A stretch of 64,000 bases of DNA from Octopus vulgaris (GCA_951406725.2 OX597832.1:48918001-48982000), one strand, 5' to 3'; positions 39,081 to 54,231 are shown, numbered from the stretch's first letter. Notes: a model not told the origin generated them from the sequence alone. Translations and numbers: made by a program.

Positions 39081-40311
39081 AATCGTGTAGATAGAATATA
39101 TAACATCGAATGTACGTGGCTTTGGAATGAGACTGGTGGGCGCAGCTGTTTGGACGCTGGAGATTTGGCATATCCGATTGGATACTGAGGATGTTTTGAT
39201 ACTGGGACACAAACGTACTGACACACATTAACGCAAACGTAGGGGGAGAATTAGAATCATATAGAAAGAACGAGATAGAGGTGCGACGTAAGAGAGAAAG
39301 AGAGATTTTATAAGTGACATTTTCCTTCTTTTCATTCACATAAAGAGAATTATACCTAGGGAGAGAGAGAGAGAGATGAGCGGTGAGGTACCGCTAGAAA
39401 ACTAGAGAAACAACAAAGGGAGAGGAAACATCAAAACAGCTGATATCATAAAAGTCGGCGTAGAATTAGCGAAAAGTCAAACAGGCGGCGCCAGAACGGC
39501 CGTGCCGAAATGACACATATCCATGTATATGAATACCTTCGCTAAATTTCCACTATCATGGGAGGAGGCTAAAAACTTATATATTCTTTTGATATGATCT
39601 CGAACTTCAATTTTACTGATATAAACTTAAATGACGAAAAAGATCGTTAGGGAAATATAACAAATGAGTTCTACATTAGCGCCAGTCTTCTGCCAGTTAC
39701 AGTATTTATGGCACTAATTATTTTGGTAATTACGGGAGATGGCTAATAGAAGCTTCATTCTCTTAAACTGTAATTCTATGAGATTTGATCTCCCCATACA
39801 AAAACATTCTCTGGAACACATAACTTAAATCAATTGAAACGAATCATATACCATATTACATACTTCTGGCTTAATACTCAACGGTATTATAAATTAGATA
39901 TATGTGTGTAAATAGTAACTACTTTAAGCGAATCTACGTATAACAAATACTGTATACATACTCAGTAAAGCAAGAAGGCGAAAGAAAAAAAAAAGACATT
40001 TGTATTCGTTGAACATTTTCAACTAGTTCTACTGTTATATGTAGTATTAAAATATTATTCGAGATTATATGTATACATACGTGTGTTTGAGTGTATATAA
40101 GCGTGTTTTCTCCGTTGTGTGCGTATGTGTGTGTGTATTCGTGTGTGCTTGTGTGTGTGTGTATTTACTGCCTCGATAATTTAGTTCAGCTGTGATTTAT
40201 ATATTTTCACGTTACACTGGAGGCTAAAGGTGAAGTTAATTGGATTCTATAGAATTTCTGTGATAAAAGATGAATTGAAGCATACGTATACGTATCTTTG
40301 CATATACATAC

Positions 40312-40365
<54 letters not shown>

Positions 40366-40403
40366 TATACATATATACATATATATAAATATATACATAT
40401 ATG

Positions 40404-40443
<40 letters not shown>

Positions 40444-40641
40444 CATATATATATACATACATATATATATATATACATATACATATGTATGTATGTGTGT
40501 ATATATATATATGTGTGTAAGTGTGTATATATGTGTGCCTCTGTATGTAAATCTACGAAACTGCACCTATATAAATATCTATCACTCATTTTATCTATTT
40601 ATCTGTCTATCTATCTATCTATCTATCTATTTATATGTGTA

Positions 40642-40695
<54 letters not shown>

Positions 40696-41621
40696 TACTT
40701 ACCTATATATACTTACCTATATATACACACACATATACATATATGTATACATATGCATGTGTGTATATGCATGTAATTTATGATGTATATACACTGATAC
40801 AGACTATGATACAGACGATATATAATTAGATGCATAGCTACAGATATAGATTCGTAGAAATATATGCGTAATGCTTAAGATGTGAATATACAAGTGTATA
40901 CGAAACGATTCAACACATAAAGAGAGAGAAATTGATTCTATGTATGTGTATATACGAAAGAGTGCAAGGGAGAGAGGTGAAAGAACGAGAGAGAATGAGA
41001 GAGAGTAATAGAGAATGCGAGAGAGAAAGATGATCAAAATGGCGTTTTCAAAGACATCTTCCTGATAACTAATTCGAATTCCTGGCATCGTTAGTGAAGT
41101 GAAGAAGGCTATTGTTATTTGTTAATGTATATATTTACAGCGCCATTAGTTCAAATTGTTGTCGTATGAAAACATTTTTCTGGCGTTATGGTGAGTTATT
41201 CATTCGATAAATTCCTCTAAGAGGCCACTTTTGCGCATTATCGCAAGAAATTACTGTCCTTGTTGATTCAATTTTCACTTTAAGGCATAATTGCGATAAT
41301 ATTTGTTTGCAAATTTCCTTTCCAGCCATGTTTTATTTTTCACTTTCTTCGTATGATGGGTTTACTAACGTTATACATCTATGTATGTATGTGTGTATGT
41401 ATGTGTGTATGTATGTATGTATGTATGTATGTATGTATGTATGTATGTATGTATGTATGTATGTATGTATGTATGTAGGTAGGTAGGTAGGTAGGTATGT
41501 AGGTATGTATATCTTTCTCTCTTTCGCCCTTTCTCGCTGTTTCTCCCACACATACACATACATGTCTGTGTATGTGTGTACGCATATCGGCAGACATGCA
41601 CACTCACACACACACATGCAC

Positions 41622-41680
<59 letters not shown>

Positions 41681-41714
41681 TGTACTGTACAAAATCATAC
41701 ACAAACATGTGTAC

Positions 41715-41883
<169 letters not shown>

Positions 41884-42258
41884 GGACAGCGAGAGAGAGA
41901 AACGTTGAGCGCAAAAGAACATTATAATTGAAAAGTTAATATATTACAGTTTATTTCAGAGCGGCTGATATAAAATTAAAACAAATTACCTGAATAACGG
42001 AATTAGTGCAAATATAATTCCGATGGAGAAAGCAGAAGGTGTGGGTAACAGAAGGAGAATGAAGGGGAGGAGGGGTGATGGATAGGAGGAGGAGTAGGTC
42101 TCGTAACGACGGGTCACTGGGGACGATGAGGATGTTTTCATGGTGATAACGACAGTGGTGATATCAGCGAGAGGAAGGGGAGGAGGAGAAGTAGGAGGAA
42201 GCAGAGCGGAGGAAAGGAAGGGCAGGACAAGGCGAGGGAGTATGAGATGATGATCATG

Positions 42259-42465
<207 letters not shown>

Positions 42466-42519
42466 CGTGGTAGCTTTCTAACACAACATTACCACGATAA
42501 CTGAAGTGATAAATAGGTT

Positions 42520-42740
42520 TCAAATTTCGGACACAAGGCTAGCAGTTCCGGGGAATGGCCTAAGTCGATTACATTGTCCCTAGTACTGAACTGGGGCTTA
42601 TTCGATTGACCCCGAAAGGATGAAGGTAAAGTGCGCCTCGGTGGAATCTGAACTCAGAAGGTAAAAACGAACGAAATGTCGCTAAGCCTCTCGCCCCGCG
42701 CGGTAACGTTTCCACCAGGTTTCTGCCAGGTAACGTTTCT
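42520..42740 (-). mobile_element. SINE family B, degraded
   Basis: GACCCCGAAAGGATGAAGGTAAAGT..GGAATCTGAACTCAGAA. Confidence 0.7.
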
Positions 42741-42973
42741 GCTTTATTTGAAATCAATCTCATACAACGACGAAAGTTGCAAGAAGTCTTGAAGTTTTAA
42801 GTGTAAATGAATAAAATCTTATGAAACTTTGGGATAGGCAATATGTGTTTACCTATGTCCCCCACTACTGCCTGACAATTAAAAAAATCCTCAACGAAAT
42901 CTGGGTGTAAAATTGAAAACAAAAAAAAAAAAACTACGTTAAATTTACAAAGAAAATAATGTACGATAAACTA

Positions 42974-43113
42974 TTGGGTTGTCCGGAAAGTTCGTGCTGA
43001 TTTATAGCAGCTTACATTTCGACTTATTTTAGAGCATATTAAAAATGAATTGACAAGTAATTTATTGAGCTTTTCCTTTCCTTTAAAAATCGACACGAAC
43101 TTTCCGGACAACC
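42974..43113. mobile_element. Mariner MITE
   Basis: TIRs GGTTGTCCGGAAAGTTCGTG / CACGAACTTTCCGGACAACC; same family as 29759. Confidence 0.8.
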
Positions 43114-44239
43114 TTCCGAGCTGGTCCTCTGCACATACTTCACGAAAATTGCTTCTGTTGTCAACAGCTGTGCAGTGGTTCATCCCCTGTTCATCAACAC
43201 AAAACGACACAAATAAGGTAGTAAAAACGTTCAGAAAAGGAACACTTATCAAAGAAAATAGACAGGTAAAGAAAATACACATAGTTATAGTAGTACAAGC
43301 AAGCTAAATGGCTTGTTACTATGGGAACAGGTACTAGTATGTCCGTGGTTTTCGATTGGTTAAAATAACCGAAAATTTGCAATCTTCAGAAGCCATTAAC
43401 TTTTTATTTATGCATTGTCGAGCTAATTTCCTAATTAAGATAATCTTTCTGTTTCTGGCTTCTCAAATTTGGTGCTGAGGCATTTTAATCACACATCCAA
43501 TAATTATAGGTCGAAATTGAAAATAATTATAGGTCGAAATTGAAATTTAGTGTCCGGATTGAGTAACTACAATTCAATCTTCAGTTTGGAATTGATGTAT
43601 TCTTTTTGCAGTATTCTGTAGACTGATTTCAAATACAATTTAGAAAATATAGTATGATTCTGTCCCAGATTTTGTCTTTCTGTCTATCTGTCTGTCTGTC
43701 TGTTTGTCTCTCTCTTTCTTCACACACGTGTGTGTGTATGTGCGTGTGTTTGTATGAATTGTTTGAAGTGGTGTACAGACATTGAATATCGAGAAAAAAG
43801 GAGACAATCAGAATGTTGGATAATTCTTTATTATTAGTGCTTTCTTTCATTATGATAAGAATTAAGATCAAAACGATAAACGATGAAAACTGACCCTTTC
43901 CTTGTTCTGCTATGTGACGTTTTTAGCAAATCTGGGAAAAAACATAGATAAACAGATAGAGAGAGAGAAGGGGAAGAGAGAGGAGGGTTTCTTTTCAGTT
44001 ATATTGTTTGTTTTGGAGACAAGAGAGGAAGAAGAAAAGATCACATTAACATCGGAACTACAATCAAAAATACCAGTAACAGTATAAATATTTCCTTTTC
44101 ATCCATCATAATTAATATTAATAAAAATAATAATAAAATGACCATGAAGGAGCTCACTTGATGGACACCAATACCATCTAGCATACATTGATATCTCTTT
44201 CAAATCCGTTTGACAAAATGCAATTCCCATGCTTCTCTT

Positions 44240-44617
44240 TCAAACATTTAATTTTGGAGAGAATATTTTGATGAAGTGTAGCTCCATTGCTTTTCAGAAC
44301 TTTGGGTCATTCTTGAACATTGGTAAAAGGGGAAGATTTTGAATTTTCCTTCACTGCATATTTCTAGATGCTTGCTCGGTGGAATTTTGCGTAGTTCCTC
44401 TTGTCGGATGTGTTGCCTGTGGATTCTTGCACGTTGGCAGAGGGAATTATTTGTTTCGCCAATATAATTCTACTTGCAGCTGGGTCAAGTAATGCAGTAT
44501 GTGAGATTCTGTGTTTTGAAGTTCATATCTGCATTTACTTTCAACGAGAATCTGCTCCTGAAATTTATGTGGGAACCACTTTCTAAATATTTGAGGCTGA
44601 TGTTGTTGCATGTTCCA
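44240..44617 (-). pseudogene. Penelope-like GIY-YIG endonuclease relic
   Basis: Translation NLTYCIT*PSCK*NYIGETNNSLCQRARIHRQHIRQEELRKIPPSKHLEICSEGKFKIFPFY..MELHFIKIFSPKLN shows the GIY-YIG motifs YIGET, R..H and E..FI...P.LN. Confidence 0.8.
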
Positions 44618-44631
44618 CATATATATATATA

Positions 44632-45028
44632 GCTGAGTGGTAAGTAGCTTGCTTACCAACAATATGGTTCCGGGTTCAGTCCCACTGCGTGGCATCTTGG
44701 GCGAGTGTCTTCTGCTATAGCCCCGGGCCTTGTGAGTGGATTTGGTAGACGGAAACTGAAAGAAGCCTGACGTATATATGTATATATATATATATATGTG
44801 TGTGTATGTGTTTGTGTGTCTGTGTTTGTCCCCCAACATCGCTTGACAACCGATGCTGGTGTGTTTACGTTCCCGTCACTTAGCGGTTCGGCAAAAGAGA
44901 CTGATAGAATAAGTACTGGGCTTACAAAGAATAAGTCCCGGGGGCGATTTGCTCGACTAAAAGGCGGTGCTCCAGCATGGCCGCAGTCAAATGACTGAAA
45001 CAAGTAAAAAAGTAAAGAGTTAAAGAGT
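44632..45028 (+). mobile_element. SINE family A, near full length
   Basis: Same consensus as 32771-33238. Confidence 0.9.
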
Positions 45029-45201
45029 AGTTCTTCTTTTCGCGTTTATGTTGTCCATGTTAAGAGAGTGGGATTATCATGCACATGCATCGCTTGAAAG
45101 AAAGAAACACCTAACACCAAAATGGCTGATCAAAGCCCAGCATCGCATTTTGGAGACTTTCGATCAGGCAATGGCAATATTCGAATACGCGTTTGCAGCC
45201 A

Positions 45202-46084
45202 TGGCTGACCAATAAGTATCTGTACTGTTGCTATAGTAACAAATCTAATGCACGCAGAATGAAGCCACTTGGCAAAGATTAACCTTGAACTCTTCTGTGC
45301 ATGCGCACTAAGTTCTAGCTCACTTCCACTGTTTATAGCCGTGCTTGGACGGAACATGTGTAGCATGTGATCGTCTCATTGGCTATAACAAAGAAAGTTG
45401 TCATGGCAATACCTGCTCAGAAACCTACATAAAGTTGCAGAAAGTGTATGAAGAGGGGTGTACGAGATGCACACAAGTGTACGAGTGTTTCAGACGTTTC
45501 CAAGATGGCCCAAAAAGTGCAGATATTAACGAACGTTCTGGGAGACCCGCAACCAGCAGAACTGAGAAAACCATAGTACATGTGAGTGCAGCTGTGAGGA
45601 GAAATCGTCGAATCACCATACGAGAGTTATCAGATGCGCAGATTAGTTACAGGTCAGTTCCGTCCATTACCACTGAAGATTTTGGTATGAGACGCATGTC
45701 TGCAAAATTTGGTCCAGAACTGCTTTCAGCTGACCTAAAAGATATTCGGGTTTCAGTTGCAAAAGATCTCCTTGATTGTGACGACAACGATGAAAACTTT
45801 TTGAAAACTTTACGTAGGCCTCTGGACAGGTATCGCCAAGCATTTGGCAAAATTTGATGCAGATTCTCTGCTCAACTTTCTGTGTTATGGTCAACGCGAC
45901 GATCACACGCTACACACCTTCCTCCCAAGCACTGTTGTAAGCAGCAGAAATGAGTTAGAACATTAAACTTAGTGCGCATGCACAGCGAAAATTAAAGGTC
46001 AATCTATATTAAGCGGCTTCACTCTGCGTGCTTTAGCTTCGTTGCTATGGCAACAGTCCGGATAATTATTGACCAGACCACGCA
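45202..46084 (+). mobile_element. Rearranged mariner: transposase N-terminal relic bounded by two inverted copies of the 5' end
   Basis: Plus strand TQVYECFRRFQDG..RSGRPATS..RRITIREL..SAKFGPELL (HTH and WVP-like motif). Minus strand 45811-46084 encodes EQRICIKFC..GDTCPEAYVK. Termini match 56233-56403. Confidence 0.85.
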
Positions 46085-46484
46085 TATTTGTATATACATC
46101 TACGTATTTATTTATGGATGTATGTACGTAAATAAATCTAAGGGGAAGAATAATGATTTTTCCAATACAGCTTTTTCATGTTGCCTCTAATAGACTTGGG
46201 AAAATGAAACAAACTTAACGTCAACATCGCTCTCAGATTGACACATTTAATTTAATATCCTGTATAAGTTCAACTCATCTTCAGCCTCGAACATAACAAT
46301 TTGCGTTTATTGAGCTTCATCTAATTTATTGTTTTTCTAGCAACTTGTTTTAAGCTAATTAATTTTTTTTTCAATTTTGAACTCTATTGATTGAAATGCC
46401 TATCAGATGATTAATTATATCTTGTATATAGTATTTCGCAAGACTAAAAGCATTATTGGTTATCGTATTATTTATAACGGGCTT

Positions 46485-46647
46485 TTACTTGCTTCAGTCA
46501 TTGGACTGCAGCCATGCGTTGGAAACGCCTTCAGGGTCCATATTTTTTCTGTCTGTTACTTATTATATCGACACCAGTTGCTGAACCGCTAAGTTACGTG
46601 GACAAACTAACGTCTGTTTTCAAGGGATGGTGGGGAGACAACATACA

Positions 46648-46683
<36 letters not shown>

Positions 46684-46750
46684 ACAGGTTCCATACTGTC
46701 TCTCTCTATCAAAAGTACTCAATAAGCATTGGTACCCTAGGCAATAGTTT
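46485..46750 (-). mobile_element. SINE family A, degraded
   Basis: TTCAGTCATTGGACTGCAGCCATGC..GAACCGCTAAGTTACG. Confidence 0.6.
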
Positions 46751-47864
46751 CTTTACTACTACTTGCACATTAACAAAAATCAATCAAAATGAGTTCGATT
46801 TAAAAGCCAAACACTCTCCCCCACTAGCAGACTATGACACACAAAACATAATATCTGTCCTTAGTATTTCTAATGCCTGCTCCTCTCTAACGTTGTTTTA
46901 CATTACCGCAAGCCCTTCTTCCATTTGCACCTTACCGTTCCTCAAGCAGGTATTATGAGAGAATACTGCACAATCAGAGGCAGCAACAACTGCAACACCA
47001 CCAGCAGCGATGGCAGCAGTGCATAAGGGTATTAGTTTACACTCGCGAAATATTTTCAAATATAAAAAGTACGAATTCATTACTATTGAGATGACGGAAC
47101 TACGCGATAATACCGAAATAGGATTTCGTTGATATCAATTTTCACTCTTTCATTACGAAAGAGTTGTATGTTGTTTTTTCGTATCGCGCACATCGTCTTG
47201 GGATATCTTAAACCAACAGTTGCTGGAAGGAAGAACAAACAAAGAATTAGATTATTCACGATCAACTCACATCTAGTTGCGCCAAATTATACCTTCTTTT
47301 CATAATAACATGGTTTCCGCCAACAAAACGAAAGATAAACTAAAGTGACTGATACTGAAAGGAGTACCGCAAACGAACGAAGTATGTGAAACATTAATTA
47401 TGTCTAAACTTTGGCAGACAGCCATAAAATTTCAGAAAGAGGGGCGAATTGATTTATTCATATAAGTACTATTTGTTTTATCTCTCTTCGAAAGATAAAC
47501 TACAAAATCAACCACGAACCCGGGGAGATTTGGAGTCGGAACATAAAAGACATAGCTGAATCCCAAAGGGACATTTTGATCGATGCTTCTGATATCCATC
47601 ATACGAATAATCAAGATTTTTAACATAGACACGTCTCAAATTTTGGGAGAGGATCAAGTCGGTTAAGAAAAAAAGCTACTTGTAGACTAGAACTTTATTT
47701 CAACGACTTCACAGGGATGACAGACAAAATGAAACAAAGAGAAATATGAAATGAGCCGCTAAATGGACAAAACTAAATAACACACGGCATTTCATTCGAC
47801 TCCATAAGATGTTTCTAGCAACCAATCTCCCTAAATAATGATGATTACAATAGTAATGCTTCTT

Positions 47865-48040
47865 CCTACTAAAGGTAGAAAGCCTAAAGTTTTTTCGAGT
47901 AGAGGCTAGTGAATAAGTGATACTTATATTTATCGACCCCGAAATGATGAAAGGCAAAGTCGACCTCGGCAAAATTGGAACTCAGAACGTAAAAACGGAC
48001 GAAATAGGCTATGCATTTTCCCGGCGTGCTAACGAACCAG
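47865..48040 (-). mobile_element. SINE family B
   Basis: TATCGACCCCGAAATGATGAAAGGCAAAGTCGACCTCGGC..CCGGCGTGCTAACG. Confidence 0.8.
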
Positions 48041-48053
48041 CCATCTTAGAGTC

Positions 48054-48092
<39 letters not shown>

Positions 48093-48740
48093 TAATAATA
48101 ATGTGAAGAAGAAGAAGAAAAAGAAAAAGAAGAACGAAGTAATGAGTAAATGACAGATACAAGCATGGCTACAATACAAAGCGAATCTATTTATTACAAA
48201 CGCAACAGTGAAGGTATTTCTTGCTTCTGTGTGTGTGTGTGTCTGTGTGTGTGTGTGCGTGTGTGTGTGCGTGCGTGTATATACACACACATACACCCAT
48301 ATATATATATATATGCATGCATGCATAAGGAAATACATATGTGTGTGGACATTTGTAAGTGTGTATATTAGTATGTATGTCTATGTAAATATAAATGCTT
48401 GGTTGTGTTTGTGTGTGTATGTGTGTGAGGGTGTGAGTCTCTGTGTATGCATGTGTGTGTATATGTGTTTGTGTGTGTGTGTGTGCTTGTGCGCGCGCAT
48501 GTAATACACTAATGAGACAAATAGAGCTATTTCTGAAAACCTTATTGATGAGATGGCGCTGGTTGTTCTATATTTTTAACTCACTATAAGGAATATGATC
48601 CGCTATTTTGCTGATTGTATTGAAATAAATGTGTATCCAATGTAGTTCTTAGCTTTTATTGTTTGTGTCTCTAAGTGGAAAAATGATATTCACGTGTTGT
48701 GTCCTACGTTGACTTTCAGAAGAATGGATATACCTGCATA

Positions 48741-48870
<130 letters not shown>

Positions 48871-48989
48871 CATATATATATACATACACACACGTATATA
48901 TGTATGTATATATATATGTATATATATATATATGTATATATATGTATATATATATACATATATATATATGTATGTATGTATGTATGTGT

Positions 48990-49021
<32 letters not shown>

Positions 49022-49111
49022 ACTTCAGACATACACACACGCGTATATTTATGTATGTATACACACACACAGACATATATTTATTGATATGAATGTACGT
49101 ATATATGTATG

Positions 49112-49145
<34 letters not shown>

Positions 49146-49359
49146 CCTGTGTGTGTGTATGATCATACATTCGTACATACCTAGATGTATACACATGTAG
49201 TAATAACATGTACGCACATATATATATGTATGTATGTATATATATGTCTCTGTGTGTGCATTTGTGTGTGTGTGTATGTGTGTGTGTTTGTGTGTGATCA
49301 TATATTTATACATACCTAGATGTATACACATAGTAATCATGCACGCACATATGCATGTA

Positions 49360-49522
49360 TGCAGGAATGGCTGTGTGGTAAGTGGCTTCCTTACTAACCA
49401 CTTGGTTCCAGGTTCAGTCCCACTGCATGGCACCTTGGGCAAGTGTCTTCTACTATAGCTTCGGTTCGACCAAAGCCTTCTGAGTGGATTTGAGAGACAG
49501 AAACCGAAAGAAGCCCGTCGTG
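49360..49522 (+). mobile_element. SINE family A, 5' part
   Basis: GGCTGTGTGGTAAGTGGCTT..GGTTCAGTCCCACTGCATGGCACCTTGGGCAAGTG. Confidence 0.85.
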
Positions 49523-49552
49523 TATATATAAACTTTGACTTATACAGTTACC

Positions 49553-49970
49553 TTATTTCTTTATTGCCCACAAGGGGCTTAACATAGAGGGGACAAACAA
49601 GGACGGACAAAGGGATTAAGTCGGTTATATCGATCCCAGTGCGTAACTGGTACTTAATTTATCGACCCCGAAAGGATGAAAGGCAAAGTCAACCTCGGCG
49701 GAATTTGAACTGAGAACGTAACGGCAGACGAAACACTTATTTCTTTACTACCCACAAGGGACTAAATACAGAGAGGACAAACAAGCACAGACAAACGGAT
49801 TAAGACGATTATATCGACGCCAGTGCGTATCTGGTACTTATTTAATCGACCCCGAAAAGATGAAAGGCAAAGTCAACCTCGGCGGAATTTGAACTCAGAA
49901 CGTAGCGGCAGACGAAATACCATTAAGCATTTCGCCCAGCGTGCTAACGTTTCTGCCAGCTCGCCGCCTT
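49553..49970 (-). mobile_element. SINE family B dimer with a 14 bp TSD
   Basis: TSD CTTATACAGTTACC at 49539-49552 and 49971-49984. One head and two body units. Confidence 0.9.
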
Positions 49971-50214
49971 CTTATACAGTTACCGGGATGATAATAGCTC
50001 TATGTAGATGCTTTTCTTTCTTCCTTTTTCGTCTTATCAGTCGCTCTTTCTCCTTTTCAAGGAGATACCTGTCGTGATCAGACATGGAGAGGGAATATAC
50101 AAAACACTCTGTATGTCACTACAGCGCTTCTACTCCTTCATCGAGAAATGAATGACCCAAAGCATTGTAATGCTTGTATTATATACAAACGCAACGCATA
50201 TTTGGAACAAAGAC

Positions 50215-50410
50215 AAAGCGGTGAACTTGTAAAATCGTTAGCGCTTTGGACAAAATGCTTCACAGCTTTATGTTCTGCGTTCAAATTCCGCCAAGGTCGA
50301 CCTGGCCCTTTATCTATTTGGATACGACAAAATAATACCACTTGAACACTGGGGTCGATGTAATCAACTTGTCCCCTTATTATTACTAACCTTGTGAGCC
50401 AAAATATGAA
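50215..50410 (+). mobile_element. SINE family B, degraded
   Basis: GTTCAAATTCCGCCAAGGTCGACC..CACTGGGGTCGATGTAATC. Confidence 0.7.
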
Positions 50411-50929
50411 GCCATATCGTGAACAAATACATAATATAATTCAATAAATATATCATATCATTCTAATAGATTAATATGGAATATTACCTGAGATAGGCTT
50501 GTTTCTATGTGTTATTTCCCAGCGCAATTTAATATCTCAGCTCCATTAAATAAAACTACACCATGGGACAGGAGCTAAATAGTAGTCCTTAAGAGCCTAA
50601 TGAACACAAAAACTTTTATTTTCGATATGGTACTTGACTGAATCATACCATTTAATAATTGTCGCTTGTCATTCGTATTATTTCGTATATGGGGAATACT
50701 GAGAGATATACGGTTCCGTACTGGGTTACTTATTCTCCTCAACCAGTAATACCGTAAACGATAAACTAATTAGACATATTATTATAAAGTGATCTTAATC
50801 AGTGAATAGAGAGTTTCTGGTTGTTAATGAATAGGAAACTTCCAAATTGCCATGACGGATCGATAATTATACATTTCCTAAGTAATTTACTATTTAGCTA
50901 TTACAAAGTGATACATGTGCATCGATATA

Positions 50930-51047
<118 letters not shown>

Positions 51048-51214
51048 TAGATATATAGACAGATTGGTAGATAAATATATAGGTAGATAGATAGATAGAT
51101 AGATAGATAGACAGAGAGAGAGAGAGAGAGAGAGAGAAGGTTACGTATACGCATGAATAAAAATGTACGACCGCACATATCGAAACACTAATCAATCATA
51201 CACATATATCACCG

Positions 51215-51260
<46 letters not shown>

Positions 51261-51368
51261 ATACCTGCATATATGTGTGTATGCGTGTGTGTGTGTGTGA
51301 GCGTAATATATTCATAAACATTAAACTGATTTATGTTATATATATGTATATACATATATATATATATA

Positions 51369-51420
<52 letters not shown>

Positions 51421-51547
51421 TATATATATAATACATGCTTATGCTCAAATATATACATATATATGTTTATGTATGTTTATGTATGTATGAATACATATCA
51501 CACGCACTTCAGCATTATACATACAATTGTGAACTGGAATCTTTTCT

Positions 51548-51606
<59 letters not shown>

Positions 51607-52166
51607 CCTCACACACACACACAGCATTGAATATAAAGATTTGAAAAACAGCAACTAAGATGAAAAAATAATAATAACAACACACAAAACAACTAACCAA
51701 AATAATCCATATATATTTTTTTTTCAAAAATAAGCACATCGTACTGAAAAATAAAAATAAAACTAAAAAGCAACCCATACATAAGAGTCATAAGAGCAAA
51801 AATCTCTGATGAAAGCGATCGATTTAATTAGCAAATTGATTTCGGTAGAACTATCGCCAATCTCAACTACAATACGTACATGAATATAACAGTTCTCTGT
51901 ATACATTGCATTAAATGGGTAGCAAAGATCGCGTTTTCATTGGTTTGCTTCGCTAGCTGTTTTCTAAAAGTGTTTTTTTTTTTTCGTACTATTCTTATAC
52001 TGTTATATTTATTGTTGTTGCTGTTGTTGTAGTTGTTGTAGTTGTTGTTGTTGTTGTTTTTTTTTTTTTTCAATAAAGCTAATGGTATTTTAAGTAGAAC
52101 CTGCTTTAATGAATAGTCTCTGGGATTGTGTATGTATGCTGAATAGATGAATTGTATTTCTATGCC

Positions 52167-52232
<66 letters not shown>

Positions 52233-52529
52233 TGTAATTAGGTATGCATGCATGTGTATACATATGTATATAAATATGAGAATATATGTATATATATATA
52301 TATATAGTTAATCCAAACATGAAAACACAAAGACAAAACACAACAACATATATACACATACATATGCGTGTGAGTGTATATATATATATGTATTCATAGA
52401 TATACATATAAATGTGCCCACTTATACCACTTTAAATCTCGTTTTTTCATTTTCAATTTGTGTATGTACGTGTATGTCCACACACACACACACACACATA
52501 TGTATATATGTGTATATATATATATACAT

Positions 52530-52568
<39 letters not shown>

Positions 52569-52819
52569 ATTTTTATGTAGGAATATACACGAGTGTATGT
52601 ACAAACAAAAGAATACAGCACTCGACGCATATCGTCGCAGATCCATATAGAAATTTAATAATAGCTAGCTCTGCAACTCCACAGAACTTATCTCATCAGA
52701 TACTCTATGGACGCCAGGAAAATTTCAAATAATATGAAGCTGTATAAAACTGATATAAATTATATATATGTGTATACATAATCATACATACGCGAATATA
52801 TATATAGGATTGCACCAAG

Positions 52820-53090
52820 AAGGTTGCCCTCCGAGGCACAAGACCGGGCAGTCGTCCATGCGTACCAGCCATCCCCTTCTTCATGCCACCAATGATATCC
52901 AAGGGAAGGGCAAAGGGCGATACAGTTTGGCATCAGTGACGTTGCAACTTATTTCTACAGCTGAGTGAACAGGAGCAACGTGAAATAAAGTGTCTTGCTC
53001 AAGAACATAATACACAGCCCAGTTTGAGAATCGAACACACTACCTCATGATTATGAGCCCGACGATCTAACCACTGAGCTATACGTCTTC

Positions 53091-53149
<59 letters not shown>

Positions 53150-53420
53150 CGGGGGCAACATGAAATAAGGTGTCATACTCAAGAACACAATACACAGCCC
53201 AGTCTGAGAATCGAACACACTACCTCATGATTATGAGACCGATGCTCTAACCACTGAGTTATTCGTCTTCATTATGTGTGTGTGTGTGTGTGTGTGTAAC
53301 TGGGGCAACATGAAATAAGGTGTCTTACTCAAGAACACAATACATAGCCCAGTCTGAGAATCGAACACACTACCTCATGATTATCAGCCCGATGCTCTAA
53401 CCGCTGAGCTATTCGTCTTC

Positions 53421-53425
<5 letters not shown>
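52820..53425 (-). mobile_element. tRNA-derived SINE (related to family D) with a triplicated head plus (CA)n unit
   Basis: GAATCGAACACACTACCTCATGATTAT..CTAACC.CTGAG occurs at ~53030, ~53210 and ~53360, each followed by (TG)n. Confidence 0.8.
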
Positions 53426-53456
<31 letters not shown>

Positions 53457-53539
53457 CATCTAAGTACCCTCCCTGGGTCAATGAATCGAATAACCATGAC
53501 TCTTCATTCCCCTGTTTTTTGGTGCATTCGTGCAATCAG

Positions 53540-53830
53540 CTAGGCCTTGTTTCCACTCCACAATCTTATTTGACAGCACCTTGCACTGTTTCCCTCCATA
53601 TTTCATGTGAACTTGGTCTTGGGTACTGACTCATTTCGCAGTGTATATTCAAAATATGTTAGATTTGTGGACGTGAATCTCAACAGTCAGGTGTCTCCGG
53701 GTTTTAGCTGTTCATGTACCACAGAGTTTGTTACCATGGCTTTACAGCTTGTCCTTCCCATCCTCTAAAAGATCTACATCTCATAGCCTTCTGTCTTCTC
53801 CATTGCTCTGTGCGATGTGTACTTCATTTA
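53540..53830 (-). pseudogene. RTE-clade LINE ORF C-terminal relic
   Basis: EKTEGYEM*IF*RMGRTSCKAMVTNSVV..LTYFEYTLRNES..MEG resembles the RTE consensus IEAFEMW.YRRMLRISW...VTNEEV..YFGHI.R..VEG. Confidence 0.6.
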
Positions 53831-53956
53831 ATTTCTTGCATAAATGCATGTTTCATTTCTGTCACGTCATCAAATATTAATTATAGTTAAACAATTCATT
53901 CTCTTGCCTTAGAGACAAACAACGAATCAAACGGAATATATATGTATGTGTATGTG

Positions 53957-53987
<31 letters not shown>

Positions 53988-54192
53988 TGTATTGTATATA
54001 TATAGATATATATTGTATTGTATATATATATATATATATTTATGGTATTGTATTGTATTACTCATTCATGTACGCTGTTTTGTTATATATTTTTATGTTT
54101 AACCCTAATGTTCTTATGTAGTGGTTTAATAAAGTATGTGATTGGGTATTATCTGGTAGTTAATAAATGATTTAGATGTATTTCTTATTTTG

Positions 54193-54231
<39 letters not shown>

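Noticed and set aside
38879-39226. 115 aa ORF as a host terminal exon (acceptor TTTTTCTTCCAG present)
   Set aside because: Motifs continue through frameshifts to SIQRGN and have an inverted paralogue, so a retroelement relic explains it better. A host exon is not fully excluded.
45345-45857. 170 aa ORF as a functional transposase
   Set aside because: It lacks the DD34D catalytic domain and a proper start.
47271-47355. Minus-strand segment with AG/GTGAGT boundaries
   Set aside because: Stops in all frames, a weak pyrimidine tract and no other support.
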